The notes beneath the pieces were generated by a model. The model saw only the letters and a list, made by a program, of their open reading frames with translations. It did not search any database and was not told where the DNA came from. Positions 21,271 to 30,127 of a DNA stretch of 64,000 nt are shown here, piece after piece (the first letter of the stretch is position 1; each line of letters starts with the position of its first letter). The position numbers and the translations under genes were made by a program. The DNA comes from Bacteroidota bacterium. GTDB taxonomy: Bacteria > Bacteroidota > Bacteroidia > Palsa-965. The stretch covers positions 100,921-164,920 of the forward strand of contig JANOCU010000008.1 in NCBI GenBank assembly GCA_031412295.1. Direction: 5' to 3'.

Positions 21271-21298
21271 AATATGTCGATTGTTCTTTCGACATATT
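21271..21298. promoter_or_regulatory. Perfect 10-bp inverted repeat with 8-bp spacer in the divergent pckA / Crp-Fnr regulator spacer (candidate operator)
   Basis: Sequence aatatgtcga-ttgttctt-tcgacatatt. A Bacteroidota-type -7 box TAnnTTTG (taattttg on the minus strand, 21307-21314) lies just upstream relative to pckA. Confidence 0.35.
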
Positions 21299-21429
21299 TT
21301 GCGATACAAAATTACCTATCAGGGATTGGTGTTTTTTTGAATAGAATCAATGCTAAAGTTGATTTAAATCAACTTTCAAGAGCTGAAAAGCATTAAGTAC
21401 CTTTGTCCGTAGAATCAAACCATTTGACA

Positions 21430-22137
21430 ATGACCAGACTTTCGGGATTTCCGTTCGAAAAATTTCATTTCAAAAGCAATTCCATACTAGAGGAATTGCC
21501 GAGCAAAGAGCGGAAAATATTCGAGGAAAATATGGTGATGCGAAAATTCAAGAAAGGACAGGCCCTTTTTGTGGAAGGCAGTATTCCAACAGGCATCTTT
21601 TTTTTAAAACAGGGTAAGGTTAAAAAGTTCAAATCGGATCGTGACGGGAAAGAACAAATCATCTATATATGTAGTTCAGGCGAATTTTTCGGATACCAGG
21701 CACTTTTGAGTGAGGAGACTTATTCTGATTCTGCATCAACACTTGAGGATTCTGAAATCGGATTTATCCCTAAAAAATATTTTGAACAAGTACTTGAATC
21801 CTCAACAGCTTTTTCAAATAAACTTCTCAAGAATTTAAGCCATGAATTTGGTGTTTTGGGAAACAGCATTGTTATGTTTGCGAATAAAACTGTTCGCGAA
21901 CGACTTGCTTTAACGCTTTTGATTCTTAAGGAAAAATATATTGACAAAGCCAACAGTGAAAAACCGGCAGAGATTAATCTTTCGAGGGCAGATCTTGCCA
22001 ATATGGTAGGAACAGCTGTAGAAACACTCGTGCGCTTATTGCACGAATTCAAAGATGAAGGATTAATCGAAACAAAAGGGAGAATGATTCAGGTTAAGAA
22101 TTTGAAAAAGTTGATTGCGGTGGCTAATTTTTATTAA
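21430..22137 (+). CDS. Crp/Fnr family transcriptional regulator
   Basis: A cNMP-binding-like beta-barrel (GIFFLKQGKVKKF) is followed by a C-terminal HTH (RADLANMVGTAVETLVRLLHEFKDEGLI). The track start at 21403 is a TTG, so the ATG at 21430 is preferred. Confidence 0.8.
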   Translation: MTRLSGFPFEKFHFKSNSILEELPSKERKIFEENMVMRKFKKGQALFVEGSIPTGIFFLKQGKVKKFKSDRDGKEQIIYICSSGEFFGYQALLSEETYSDSASTLEDSEIGFIPKKYFEQVLESSTAFSNKLLKNLSHEFGVLGNSIVMFANKTVRERLALTLLILKEKYIDKANSEKPAEINLSRADLANMVGTAVETLVRLLHEFKDEGLIETKGRMIQVKNLKKLIAVANFY

Positions 22138-22178
22138 GGCAGGACAGCTTTATTTACTCCTTACCACAGAATGTAATA

Positions 22179-22793
22179 CTATAATTTTTCAATCTCATCC
22201 AAACTCAATCCTGTCAATTGCGCGATAAGATAATTATCCAACTTTTTCTTTTTCATCCCTTTTGCAATCCCAATCCGTGTTTTACGTTCGGATTCTTCCG
22301 CTACCATACTTTTAATTTTTGCCATCTGCTCAAATTTCGGAACCCACTTCAAACTCTTCCGCAACTCATCCATCAACCCAATATCGTGATAGCTTAAGTA
22401 ATCATCCGTTTTAGAATTAATAACGATGTGATCGAAAACAATAATGCCCACAATATTCCCAACCTGGATCATCCGGTCGGTCAAAGCCTTATCATCGGCC
22501 TGTGCGCTCAAATCGTTTGTTTTGCGGTTGTGGCAGATGTAGAGATACTTCGCATCCTTTTGCAGTGGGAGCCTGTACATTTCCATTGGCTGCACTTTAG
22601 CCTTCGCCGGAATGCCAAACGAAATGAGTTCCACGTAAAGCATTTTAAATTCCTCGCTCAGTCCAATCGTCCATACATGCTCGCGCTGACGACTCAATTT
22701 ATTTTCGCGCAGCAGAATTTGCTTCATGATCCGAGCCAAATCTTCGGAAGACTGAATTAAGTTTTTCTGTGTTTTTGTTAACGAAATATTCAT
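22179..22793 (-). CDS. RadC-like JAB-domain protein with degenerate metal-binding motif
   Basis: The stretch YICHNRKTNDLSAQADDKALTDRMIQVGNIVGIIVFDHIVI is collinear with RadC HNHPSG...PS..D...DHII, but the second His is Arg. The C-terminal tail is YLIAQLTGLSLDEIEKL. Confidence 0.55.
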   Translation of the reverse strand: MNISLTKTQKNLIQSSEDLARIMKQILLRENKLSRQREHVWTIGLSEEFKMLYVELISFGIPAKAKVQPMEMYRLPLQKDAKYLYICHNRKTNDLSAQADDKALTDRMIQVGNIVGIIVFDHIVINSKTDDYLSYHDIGLMDELRKSLKWVPKFEQMAKIKSMVAEESERKTRIGIAKGMKKKKLDNYLIAQLTGLSLDEIEKL

Positions 22794-23769
22794 AGGAATT
22801 CAAATTTAACCAAAAACGGGGCTACGGGGTGATATAAATTACTTTTTAGCTTGGCTTCTATTATGAAGAACCAAAGTACAAGAATAGAAAATGCTACTCA
22901 CAAAAGCAGATTTTATTTACCAACCGAAAATTATGCGAGGCATTTTTGAAACTGCCACATTTCCCTTTTCCTCAGCACGTTGCGTGTTATTTTATATAAC
23001 GAATTTGACATGTCTTTTGATCCGCGCCACCTTTGAAAAAACACTACTCGTAATGGCGCAAAAAAAGCAAACAATTCCAATTGGAAGAAGACAAAACCAT
23101 TAGTATAAAAGAGGCAAGGAACTGCACTTAAAGATATTAAAACCGAATTGAGGATTAATCGAAATCGTTAACAGCGCCGATAATGGTCGTGTATGTATAT
23201 TAAAGATTGACGATTTTAATTCCGTCAGTGATGCACACGCGTATGCTGAACTTTTAAAACTCGCACCTGAATTATTAGACATTTATTTATCGGATGCAAA
23301 AACACTTGCAGAAGTTGTTGTGCGATTTGAAAAAAAAGTCGCCCACGCTAAAAATAATGTGAAGAACAAAAAGCAGGGTGGAAAAAAATAGGAGTTGCTT
23401 TTTAGGAGCCGAAGAAAAGGGAAATTAAACTGAGAAAACGCCCCCGAGGTCCGGCCTATTTAAGACCAAAAGTGATTGATTTTTTCAGCCCAATTTCGGC
23501 CCCTAAAAGACGTTTTTTTTGGGGTATAAAAGTCACTTTCCCATAGGGAAAAAGCCCAATTCCCCTGTTCCGAAATAATTGCTTATCATAGCACGACTTC
23601 TTTGAAATACTGCCAAAAACAAACACAACTTTTCCCAATGAAAACGTTTCTAAGCTATTTACGGTAACATTAGATCGGGTTAGGTAAAAACCGTTAACTC
23701 CTTGTTACTGTGAATGCTTAATTTCACCCTCAAAAGACCTATTATCAGCGGCTACGGCAGGATTTCCGA

Positions 23770-23808
23770 AATCACCAATCACCTCCGCCGCGGCGGACAC
23801 CAATCACC
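23770..23808. repeat. 39-bp repeat copy 2 (identical to 9865-9903)
   Basis: aatcaccaatcacctccgccgcggcggacaccaatcacc, with the palindrome core at 23784-23797. It lies 35 bp downstream of the vWA gene stop. Confidence 0.9.
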
Positions 23809-23842
23809 CGCGGAAGTAAAACTTAATTTCAGCAGTATATTT

Positions 23843-25234
23843 CTACCGCGTTATATCAATCAAAATATCCTCAATCACCTGCGATCCAACCGCCTTATCC
23901 ATCTGTGTATAAAAAACAGTATTCGCATCGGGCATTGGCGGTGGAAGCTGCTCACGCATTGTTTTTGAAACCGTTCGTTTGTTGACGTAATTATATTTTC
24001 CACCTGGCGTGCGCAATGTTAATTCTTCCAGGTCAGGATTTGTCATGTTGCCGAATTGCATTACGCAGAAGCTCGTGTTATTTTTATTCATCAGCGAGTC
24101 GACATAATTTTTAGTTTCTTCCGTGATATTAAAAATTCCGTCTGTCGCGATGATCACGTGAATGCGTTGGGGAAGCGCCATGGAATCTACAATTCCGGAA
24201 ACACGGGTGAGCGCAAGATTTCCATTGGTAACTCCGTGCGATTTAAGATTATTTATTGTCGAATCAATTTCTACAGAATCAACAGGGCCCATAAAAGGAA
24301 GAAGCAATTTTGCATTATCAGAAAATGCCATTACAGCAATGCGGTTATTTTCATTCAGACCCTGTGTAAAATCAATCAGCTCGCTTTTCATCAAATCAAG
24401 CTTTCCTGATTTTGCCATTGATCCGGAAATGTCGAGAAGGAAAAGAAAATAATCTCCGGGGCGCGTATCCACTTTTTTTACTGTGCAATCACAAGCTTTT
24501 CCGTCATCAGGAGTAACACTTACATCATCGAAATAAAAATAAGCCCCGCGCATAATGTGTCCGCTTGAAAGACTTTTAAGCGGACTTTTTCCCAATGAAG
24601 AGAGTGTGACAACAGAAGTATCTGAATAGCTTCCCAGCGTAATATATTTTTCACCGCCTTTTGCAATGTATGTTCCTGAAATTTCTGTCCAGCCATTTTC
24701 ATGCGTGATGAGCTGGTGAGAGATAATTTGTGGTTGATGCGGCAACTGTTCTTTGTAATAAGAAAGAAAAGCATCTTGAGAAATGTAGGCTCCGATACCT
24801 GTTGAAGTATATGGTGAAGCACGATCAAGCGTTACATAAAACCGCACGCAATATTTTTTTCCTGCTTCAAGTGGTGTTGCAAATCGTCCCTGGATATATT
24901 CTTTATAATTTATCGCACCAACATTTTGCACACCTAATCCACAGATCAACGCACAACGTCCTTCACCGGTTCTTGCTTTTGCGATCGGGTAACCATCACA
25001 AACCGAAAGATCGGAATTGAAAAAATCTGCAGTGCCTTTTGTCGGTGTTACCCAACCCGGAAGTAGCTGCTGTCCCGGCTCTACATAACCCGGCCAGGTG
25101 CGGATAACAGGATACGTATAGGATTCCATGCTCGGATTTACCACTAAATTTTGTGCCTTAACCGAAATGGAAAACCCGGAAGCTGTTAAGAGAAAAATGA
25201 AAATGTTGCTTGCGGAACGTAGGAGTAGCTTCAT
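23843..25234 (-). CDS. Secreted von Willebrand factor type A domain protein
   Basis: The preferred start MKLLLRSASNIFIFLLTASGFSISVKAQ (ATG at 25234) gives a signal peptide. The MIDAS motif is LLDISGSMA. The N-terminal half is of unknown type. Confidence 0.7.
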   Translation of the reverse strand: MKLLLRSASNIFIFLLTASGFSISVKAQNLVVNPSMESYTYPVIRTWPGYVEPGQQLLPGWVTPTKGTADFFNSDLSVCDGYPIAKARTGEGRCALICGLGVQNVGAINYKEYIQGRFATPLEAGKKYCVRFYVTLDRASPYTSTGIGAYISQDAFLSYYKEQLPHQPQIISHQLITHENGWTEISGTYIAKGGEKYITLGSYSDTSVVTLSSLGKSPLKSLSSGHIMRGAYFYFDDVSVTPDDGKACDCTVKKVDTRPGDYFLFLLDISGSMAKSGKLDLMKSELIDFTQGLNENNRIAVMAFSDNAKLLLPFMGPVDSVEIDSTINNLKSHGVTNGNLALTRVSGIVDSMALPQRIHVIIATDGIFNITEETKNYVDSLMNKNNTSFCVMQFGNMTNPDLEELTLRTPGGKYNYVNKRTVSKTMREQLPPPMPDANTVFYTQMDKAVGSQVIEDILIDITR

Positions 25235-25332
25235 TAGGCAGATTTGAAATTCCTTCCAGCAAATAAAAGGCCATTTTGCCGATGTTCTTTCCCGCAATCG
25301 ATAACCGGCAGGAAAATGATCGTAATTGGTAA

Positions 25333-25917
25333 TTATTCTGCCGCGGCGCCGATAAAAACAGAACTCAGCTTGTCACTTTCAAAGTTGAAAATTATTCCGC
25401 CATAAACGCTTCCTGCAATAAGCGATTGTTCCTGGCCCTGGTTTTCAGGCAGCACATCTTTGTACGCTTCTTTTACTTCGGCCATCGAATTGCCAATCCC
25501 GATATTGCGTGAAGTTTTTAAAGTGCACGGAGCAAAAAACCGCAAGCTGAAAATTTCCAACTTCAAAGAATCGGAACCGGCCATATTCAAATCAATTCCT
25601 GAATCGTACGTCCAATCCTGGTGATACATGCCATCTGCTTCCCATTTTGTTATCGCAGATTTATAAGCAGGATTTCCTATTTCTTTGATCGTTGATTTAT
25701 CGCTGAGTCCGAGCTGTAGCTGTCCAAGTGTTTCAGTTCTCATAAGCAAATCTGCTTTTACGTTATCATCCGCATCAATGTCTTCGGAAAATGCATCTGC
25801 TTTTACCTGCAGCTGTTTTGTAGAATCAGGAACAGAATCAGCATCAGGATGATTTTCACCGGATGGATTACAAGCGAATAAAAAAAATGATAATGCTGCG
25901 AAGACAACTGGTTTCAT
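25333..25917 (-). CDS. Hypothetical lipoprotein
   Basis: 194 aa with a lipobox-like sequence, LFACN. Confidence 0.5.
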   Translation of the reverse strand: MKPVVFAALSFFLFACNPSGENHPDADSVPDSTKQLQVKADAFSEDIDADDNVKADLLMRTETLGQLQLGLSDKSTIKEIGNPAYKSAITKWEADGMYHQDWTYDSGIDLNMAGSDSLKLEIFSLRFFAPCTLKTSRNIGIGNSMAEVKEAYKDVLPENQGQEQSLIAGSVYGGIIFNFESDKLSSVFIGAAAE

Positions 25918-25953
25918 TTGCTGTTTGAATTTCGGTTTACAAATTCACATTTA

Positions 25954-27108
25954 CTATTTAAGCGTTGCAGGATGAAATTGTTTCCAGCTATGCCAGAATT
26001 CCTGCTTCGATGGAACAGGAGTTAATTGTTCGCGCGATTTTTCTAAATTTCTTCCGGAAAAATCATAGACTCTTCCATTTGAAAATAAGGTGTCATGACT
26101 GATTGTAAAATCTGCAGCGCCGCCGGTCATTGGGTAAAATGGATTTTCGAACGCGCAATACGTCTGGCGATCTTCAGCAAGCGCGATGACAATTCCTGTA
26201 TTGTCTATATGATCATTGATCACACGTTTTGCTTTTAATTCATTCCAGTCATATGCTTTTGATTTATTATTCAATTCAATTCCTATCACCCACGATTTAT
26301 CTTTCCATGAAGCAGTATCCGTCCGTTCAATCCCTGTTGTAATTTTTCCCTGCTCGAAAACGCGTTCAGAATCATACTCAGCCAAATAAAGCGGATCAGC
26401 CTGCATGATCAATGTATTCGGAAATAGTTGTGTGAATTTTTTTATTGTCATTTGGCTCGACGAAACATAAGGAAGCATCTTGCCTTTCATCGGACCTGCA
26501 ATACAAATTCCATCCGCCTGCGACCACCAGCTTTTGGTTGTGTGATCTTCAAACATTGCATTGTAATGCGTCATACCGACAAGACGGAATTTTTCCTGTT
26601 TTCCATTTACAACAGGCTCGAAAACAATTCCGCTTCTGCAAACAGAACAATACGTAACCATGATCGCTTTTCCTGCGATCGTATCCTGCACCTGGTGATG
26701 GAAAGTCAGGAATTGAATCGGGTAAGCCTTTGAAATTCCTTTATAAGTAACGCAAATGACAAGACTGCTGTCGTTTAATTTATTTTCCTTTTTGGATTTA
26801 AACGCAAGCGTAGATGGTTCATGAAACATTCTATCTGCACTCATCATAAAATCCGCAAAATAAATTCCGGCAGCTGCGATCAAAAGAAAAACGACCGGGA
26901 TCCATTTTCTTTTTTGGAAAACATCTTTTATCCCGGCGATAATAAGGATCATGAATAAAATGCGAAAGAGCCAGCGTTTGTCGTATAAAAAATAGACGAG
27001 TGAAACACTGTTTTGTTCCTGGCTGCCCGGCATTGGCATTAATAAATATCCCTTCAAAACTTCCACTACAAATAATCCGAATAGTCCGATGTAGAAATAT
27101 TTTTTCAT
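25954..27108 (-). CDS. DUF3179 domain-containing membrane protein
   Basis: N-terminal TM helices, then KAYPIQFL..HQVQDTIAGKAIMVTYCSVCRSG...FRLVGMTHYNAMFEDHTTKSWWSQ..G.CIAGPMKG, the pattern I recall for DUF3179. It has a 4-bp overlap with lnt. Confidence 0.65.
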   Translation of the reverse strand: MKKYFYIGLFGLFVVEVLKGYLLMPMPGSQEQNSVSLVYFLYDKRWLFRILFMILIIAGIKDVFQKRKWIPVVFLLIAAAGIYFADFMMSADRMFHEPSTLAFKSKKENKLNDSSLVICVTYKGISKAYPIQFLTFHHQVQDTIAGKAIMVTYCSVCRSGIVFEPVVNGKQEKFRLVGMTHYNAMFEDHTTKSWWSQADGICIAGPMKGKMLPYVSSSQMTIKKFTQLFPNTLIMQADPLYLAEYDSERVFEQGKITTGIERTDTASWKDKSWVIGIELNNKSKAYDWNELKAKRVINDHIDNTGIVIALAEDRQTYCAFENPFYPMTGGAADFTISHDTLFSNGRVYDFSGRNLEKSREQLTPVPSKQEFWHSWKQFHPATLK

Positions 27109-28727
27109 GCGATGGGGTTCCTGGTGAATTTTCGTTTGAAGAATTTAAAGAGTGAATATAAAATAGCGATAACACTTAAACCCGACATCGCGATTGCAAT
27201 TAAGTCGCCATAGCGGGTGTAAAATGTTAAACCTTCATTCGAAGTTAGTGTTTGTTTTATTGCGGTGGCCTTATTCCATGGTTGCGGCTGATCTATATCT
27301 CCACGCTGATTTACGAAGCAGGAAATTCCGGTGTTGGCAGAACGTGCAATACTTTTGCGTGTTTCAATGGCGCGTAATCTTCCGTACGTCAGATGTTGTT
27401 TGTAACCGGGCGTATCTTTCCACCAGCCGTCATTGGTAACGATAAAAATAAAATCAGCGCCGTTACGAATGTATTCTCCGACATAATCGCTGTAAATAGA
27501 TTCGTAACAAATTACAGGCGCAACTTTTCCGGGACCATATTTCGAAACAAATACTGTTCGCTCTTCCTGCATGCCCAGGCTTCCGGAAGTGCCGCCAAGA
27601 TCAATTGCGAAATCTTCCAAAAATCCAAGTGCTGCGGGAAAAGGCATTTTTTCTACACCCGGAACCAGCTTCGATTTATGATAAACAGGAATTGTTTTGG
27701 TGCAATCAATTTGTATTGCCGAATTGTACGATTCATAATACTGATCGTCTTGCAAAAATTTACGCGCAGTGGGTGAATGTTTTTCGCCGGGCTTATATTC
27801 ATATGCAGTACTTGCACCTGAAACGATTTTAAGCTTCGGATAATTTTTCAAAAACGCACGCAGGCGCTGAACCGACCATGTATATTGTAATTTTCCTTCC
27901 CACAAAGATTCTACTAATGATGTTTCAGGAAAAACAACATAATCTGTAGTGGAATCTATTTTTGATTCAGCAAGCAAGAGCATGTTCTCCGTCATCACAC
28001 GAAAATCAGACTCGAATTTTATATACGGATCAATATTTGGCTGAACGACAACAACCTTGATGGAATTCTTTTTATTCTCTTCAAGGTTGATGGTATGATA
28101 ACGGATGAGCGAACAAATGATGGGTACACAAAGAATAATTGCAAGCGAGGAAATATAAATCATTCTGATTCCCATCGGTCGAAGCAATGTATTCCTGTGC
28201 TTCATGATTTCAAATAAAAGCACGTTGATGATCAGCACCCAAAAGCTTCCTCCGAAAACGCCTGTGATTTCATACCACTGAATTATTTTGTGTGAATCGG
28301 CGAATGCATTGCCGAGCGTAACCCATGGCCAGCTGATGTCCCAGAGGTGATGTATGAATTCAAAGGTGATCCACAGCGGAATAAAAACGAACGTACCGAG
28401 TCGTTCAGGCAATACACGTTTGACTTTGTGGAAGATGAGAAACGTGAATGTCATCAGGAATAAATTCACTGCGGTTGCCATTACGGCTCCGAAAGGCGAT
28501 GCATACCAGATCCACCAGGTTGTAAGTCCGTTCCAAACGCCGAACGCGATCATTCCATAAAGAAAAAGATGCCGCGCGCGTAAACGATTATCGCCTGAGA
28601 TAATATGCTGCACGTAAAACAGCGGAATGAATGCGATAAAAAGCAAAGGAGCAAATCCCCACGGTGGCCATGCCGCCGTGAGTAATGCAGCGCTTAAAAG
28701 TGTAAGGAGAAAAAGCTTCTGTCGCAT
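27105..28727 (-). CDS. lnt: Apolipoprotein N-acyltransferase
   Basis: 540 aa. A multi-TM N-terminal half is followed by a CN-hydrolase domain with VVFPETS (Glu), YHKSKLVPGVE (Lys) and PVICYESIY (Cys). Confidence 0.85.
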   Translation of the reverse strand: MRQKLFLLTLLSAALLTAAWPPWGFAPLLFIAFIPLFYVQHIISGDNRLRARHLFLYGMIAFGVWNGLTTWWIWYASPFGAVMATAVNLFLMTFTFLIFHKVKRVLPERLGTFVFIPLWITFEFIHHLWDISWPWVTLGNAFADSHKIIQWYEITGVFGGSFWVLIINVLLFEIMKHRNTLLRPMGIRMIYISSLAIILCVPIICSLIRYHTINLEENKKNSIKVVVVQPNIDPYIKFESDFRVMTENMLLLAESKIDSTTDYVVFPETSLVESLWEGKLQYTWSVQRLRAFLKNYPKLKIVSGASTAYEYKPGEKHSPTARKFLQDDQYYESYNSAIQIDCTKTIPVYHKSKLVPGVEKMPFPAALGFLEDFAIDLGGTSGSLGMQEERTVFVSKYGPGKVAPVICYESIYSDYVGEYIRNGADFIFIVTNDGWWKDTPGYKQHLTYGRLRAIETRKSIARSANTGISCFVNQRGDIDQPQPWNKATAIKQTLTSNEGLTFYTRYGDLIAIAMSGLSVIAILYSLFKFFKRKFTRNPIA

Positions 28728-28766
28728 TTACGATCAAAGATAGCTATCAGCGAGGTTTTTTGCGAC

Positions 28767-28853
28767 TTACTTTTTTTTGCGGATAAAATAAACTAATCCA
28801 ACTAAAAAAACTGCGATTGCTAAGCCATACCACATTAATGAACCAGTTCCCAT
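28767..28853 (-). CDS. Possible 28-aa hydrophobic micro-protein upstream of lnt
   Basis: Manual translation gives MGTGSLMWYGLAIAVFLVGLVYFIRKKK, a single TM with a basic tail. It is below the ORF-track size cutoff and has no other support. Confidence 0.2.
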   Translation of the reverse strand: MGTGSLMWYGLAIAVFLVGLVYFIRKKK

Positions 28854-28921
28854 AAATTATATTTTATTAATAAATTTTAATTCAATGCATAAGATACGCA
28901 GAAAAAACGGCTTGCATAATT

Positions 28922-29983
28922 TCAATTGTCGAAGTACCAATAGTCGGGGTCTGCTATTAAATTTTTCCGTGTAAGCTTGAATGATCTTTCTGTACCGATA
29001 GCGCTGATCGGGATGGAAATTCCCATGGTTAGCAAGCTGATTCCTGCCCATGTAAAATAACGTTTAGAATTAAATCCTCCTTTTAAATAATTTATGCTCA
29101 CTAATGGGGCGATGAATAAAAGATTCAACCCCGCGAACGTGGAGATGCCACCGAAAACCACGTTCCGTCTTTCTTGTTTTTTGCTGATATATGAAAATGA
29201 GCTTATTTTTTTGTACTCAATTGTTTTTATAAATACTTCGTTATAATTTTTTACAAGCGTTTTGCTTGAATCGTTTTTATAAAAAATGCTGGTTTTATAT
29301 TGATAAATATTCAGCTGTATCGCTGAGTCAGTAATCCCCACAATTTCTCCTCCTGTTGAGGATTCATATGATTCTATCGTTGTATCTGACGTAGGTTCTT
29401 CAATTGTCACGTCAATTCTTTCTGATGCGCTGATCAAAACTTTCTTCGTTGTGTCTGCGGAATTGACAAGAACGAATTTTCTGTCGTCAAGCACAAAATC
29501 CTTTTTTTTAACCTTGACAAAATTTATTTCGCCACCCGATACCATTTGAGCGATTGGCACAACCCTTACGAACTGTGACTGATATGCAATTCCCCTTTTC
29601 GAATAGCTGAGCACTAATACAGAATCCGACAGCTTAAGAATTTTATAATTCTTATCATATTCGATCAAACCCATCAACGGAAAACTTTTCCGAATAGAAA
29701 GTGAATCGTTTTTTCGATTTATTTCCCATTTCCCATAATAAAACCGCTGGCCATAAATTTTTTGGGTCGAATCCTTGACTATATCCACGTCGTTTATTTG
29801 AAAGTGGCCGGATTTATAAAAAGAAAAAAATTGGGTAGTAGAAGTATTTGTGAGAACAAAACCAGCCGAATCTTTTTTAATCATTTTCCATGACCCAAGC
29901 AATTGTTTTTCAACTTTACGGTTAGCGAAACAGCAGATGGAAAAAATGAAGAAGAAAACTGTTACAAGAAGACATTTGTTCAT
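28922..29983 (-). CDS. Hypothetical protein with N-terminal signal and C-terminal TM segments
   Basis: 353-aa ORF with MNKCLLVTVFFFIFSICCFA at the N-terminus and hydrophobic stretches near the C-terminus (VVFGGISTFAGLNLLFIAPLV; WAGISLLTMGISIPISAI). Confidence 0.5.
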   Translation of the reverse strand: MNKCLLVTVFFFIFSICCFANRKVEKQLLGSWKMIKKDSAGFVLTNTSTTQFFSFYKSGHFQINDVDIVKDSTQKIYGQRFYYGKWEINRKNDSLSIRKSFPLMGLIEYDKNYKILKLSDSVLVLSYSKRGIAYQSQFVRVVPIAQMVSGGEINFVKVKKKDFVLDDRKFVLVNSADTTKKVLISASERIDVTIEEPTSDTTIESYESSTGGEIVGITDSAIQLNIYQYKTSIFYKNDSSKTLVKNYNEVFIKTIEYKKISSFSYISKKQERRNVVFGGISTFAGLNLLFIAPLVSINYLKGGFNSKRYFTWAGISLLTMGISIPISAIGTERSFKLTRKNLIADPDYWYFDN

Positions 29984-30040
29984 ATCCGGAGTTAAGAGCT
30001 ATTCATCAAATAGACGAAAAATATCTCAAACGTTATCATA

Positions 30041-30076
30041 AAAATAAAAAGTCGCCTCTGTTACCAAGGCGACTTT
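30041..30076 (-). terminator. Rho-independent terminator after the 30125..30646 gene
   Basis: The minus strand reads aaagtcgcc-ttggtaacaga-ggcgacttt followed by ttatttttat (9-bp stem, T-rich tail). Confidence 0.7.
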
Positions 30077-30095
30077 CTGTTAATCAATTTTTTTT

Positions 30096-30127
30096 ACTCC
30101 GAACTCCGAACTAAAAACTCCGAACTA
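30096..30127. repeat. ctccgaact word array abutting a stop codon
   Basis: Sequence actccgaactccgaactaaaaactccgaacta. On the coding strand the TAG stop is itself the first letters of tagttcggag. Confidence 0.85.

Larger units (their letters stand above)
9865..23808. mobile_element. Putative integrated genomic island (about 13.9 kb) bounded by identical 39-bp direct repeats, with an integrase remnant at the left end
   Basis: Direct repeats lie at both ends and a decayed tyrosine integrase sits 230 bp inside the left repeat. Hand-sampled GC is lower than in the flanks. The heptamer word arrays that fill flanking spacers are completely absent here. The right end holds accessory-type debris (RadC-like gene, start-less ORF remnants). 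Confidence 0.4.

Noticed and set aside
23150-23392. 78-codon open frame GLIEIVNSADNGRVCILKIDDF... as a gene.
   Set aside because: It has no start codon after the in-frame TGA and no RBS context. Upstream pieces are in other frames. I treat it as a pseudogene remnant and mention it only in a finding.
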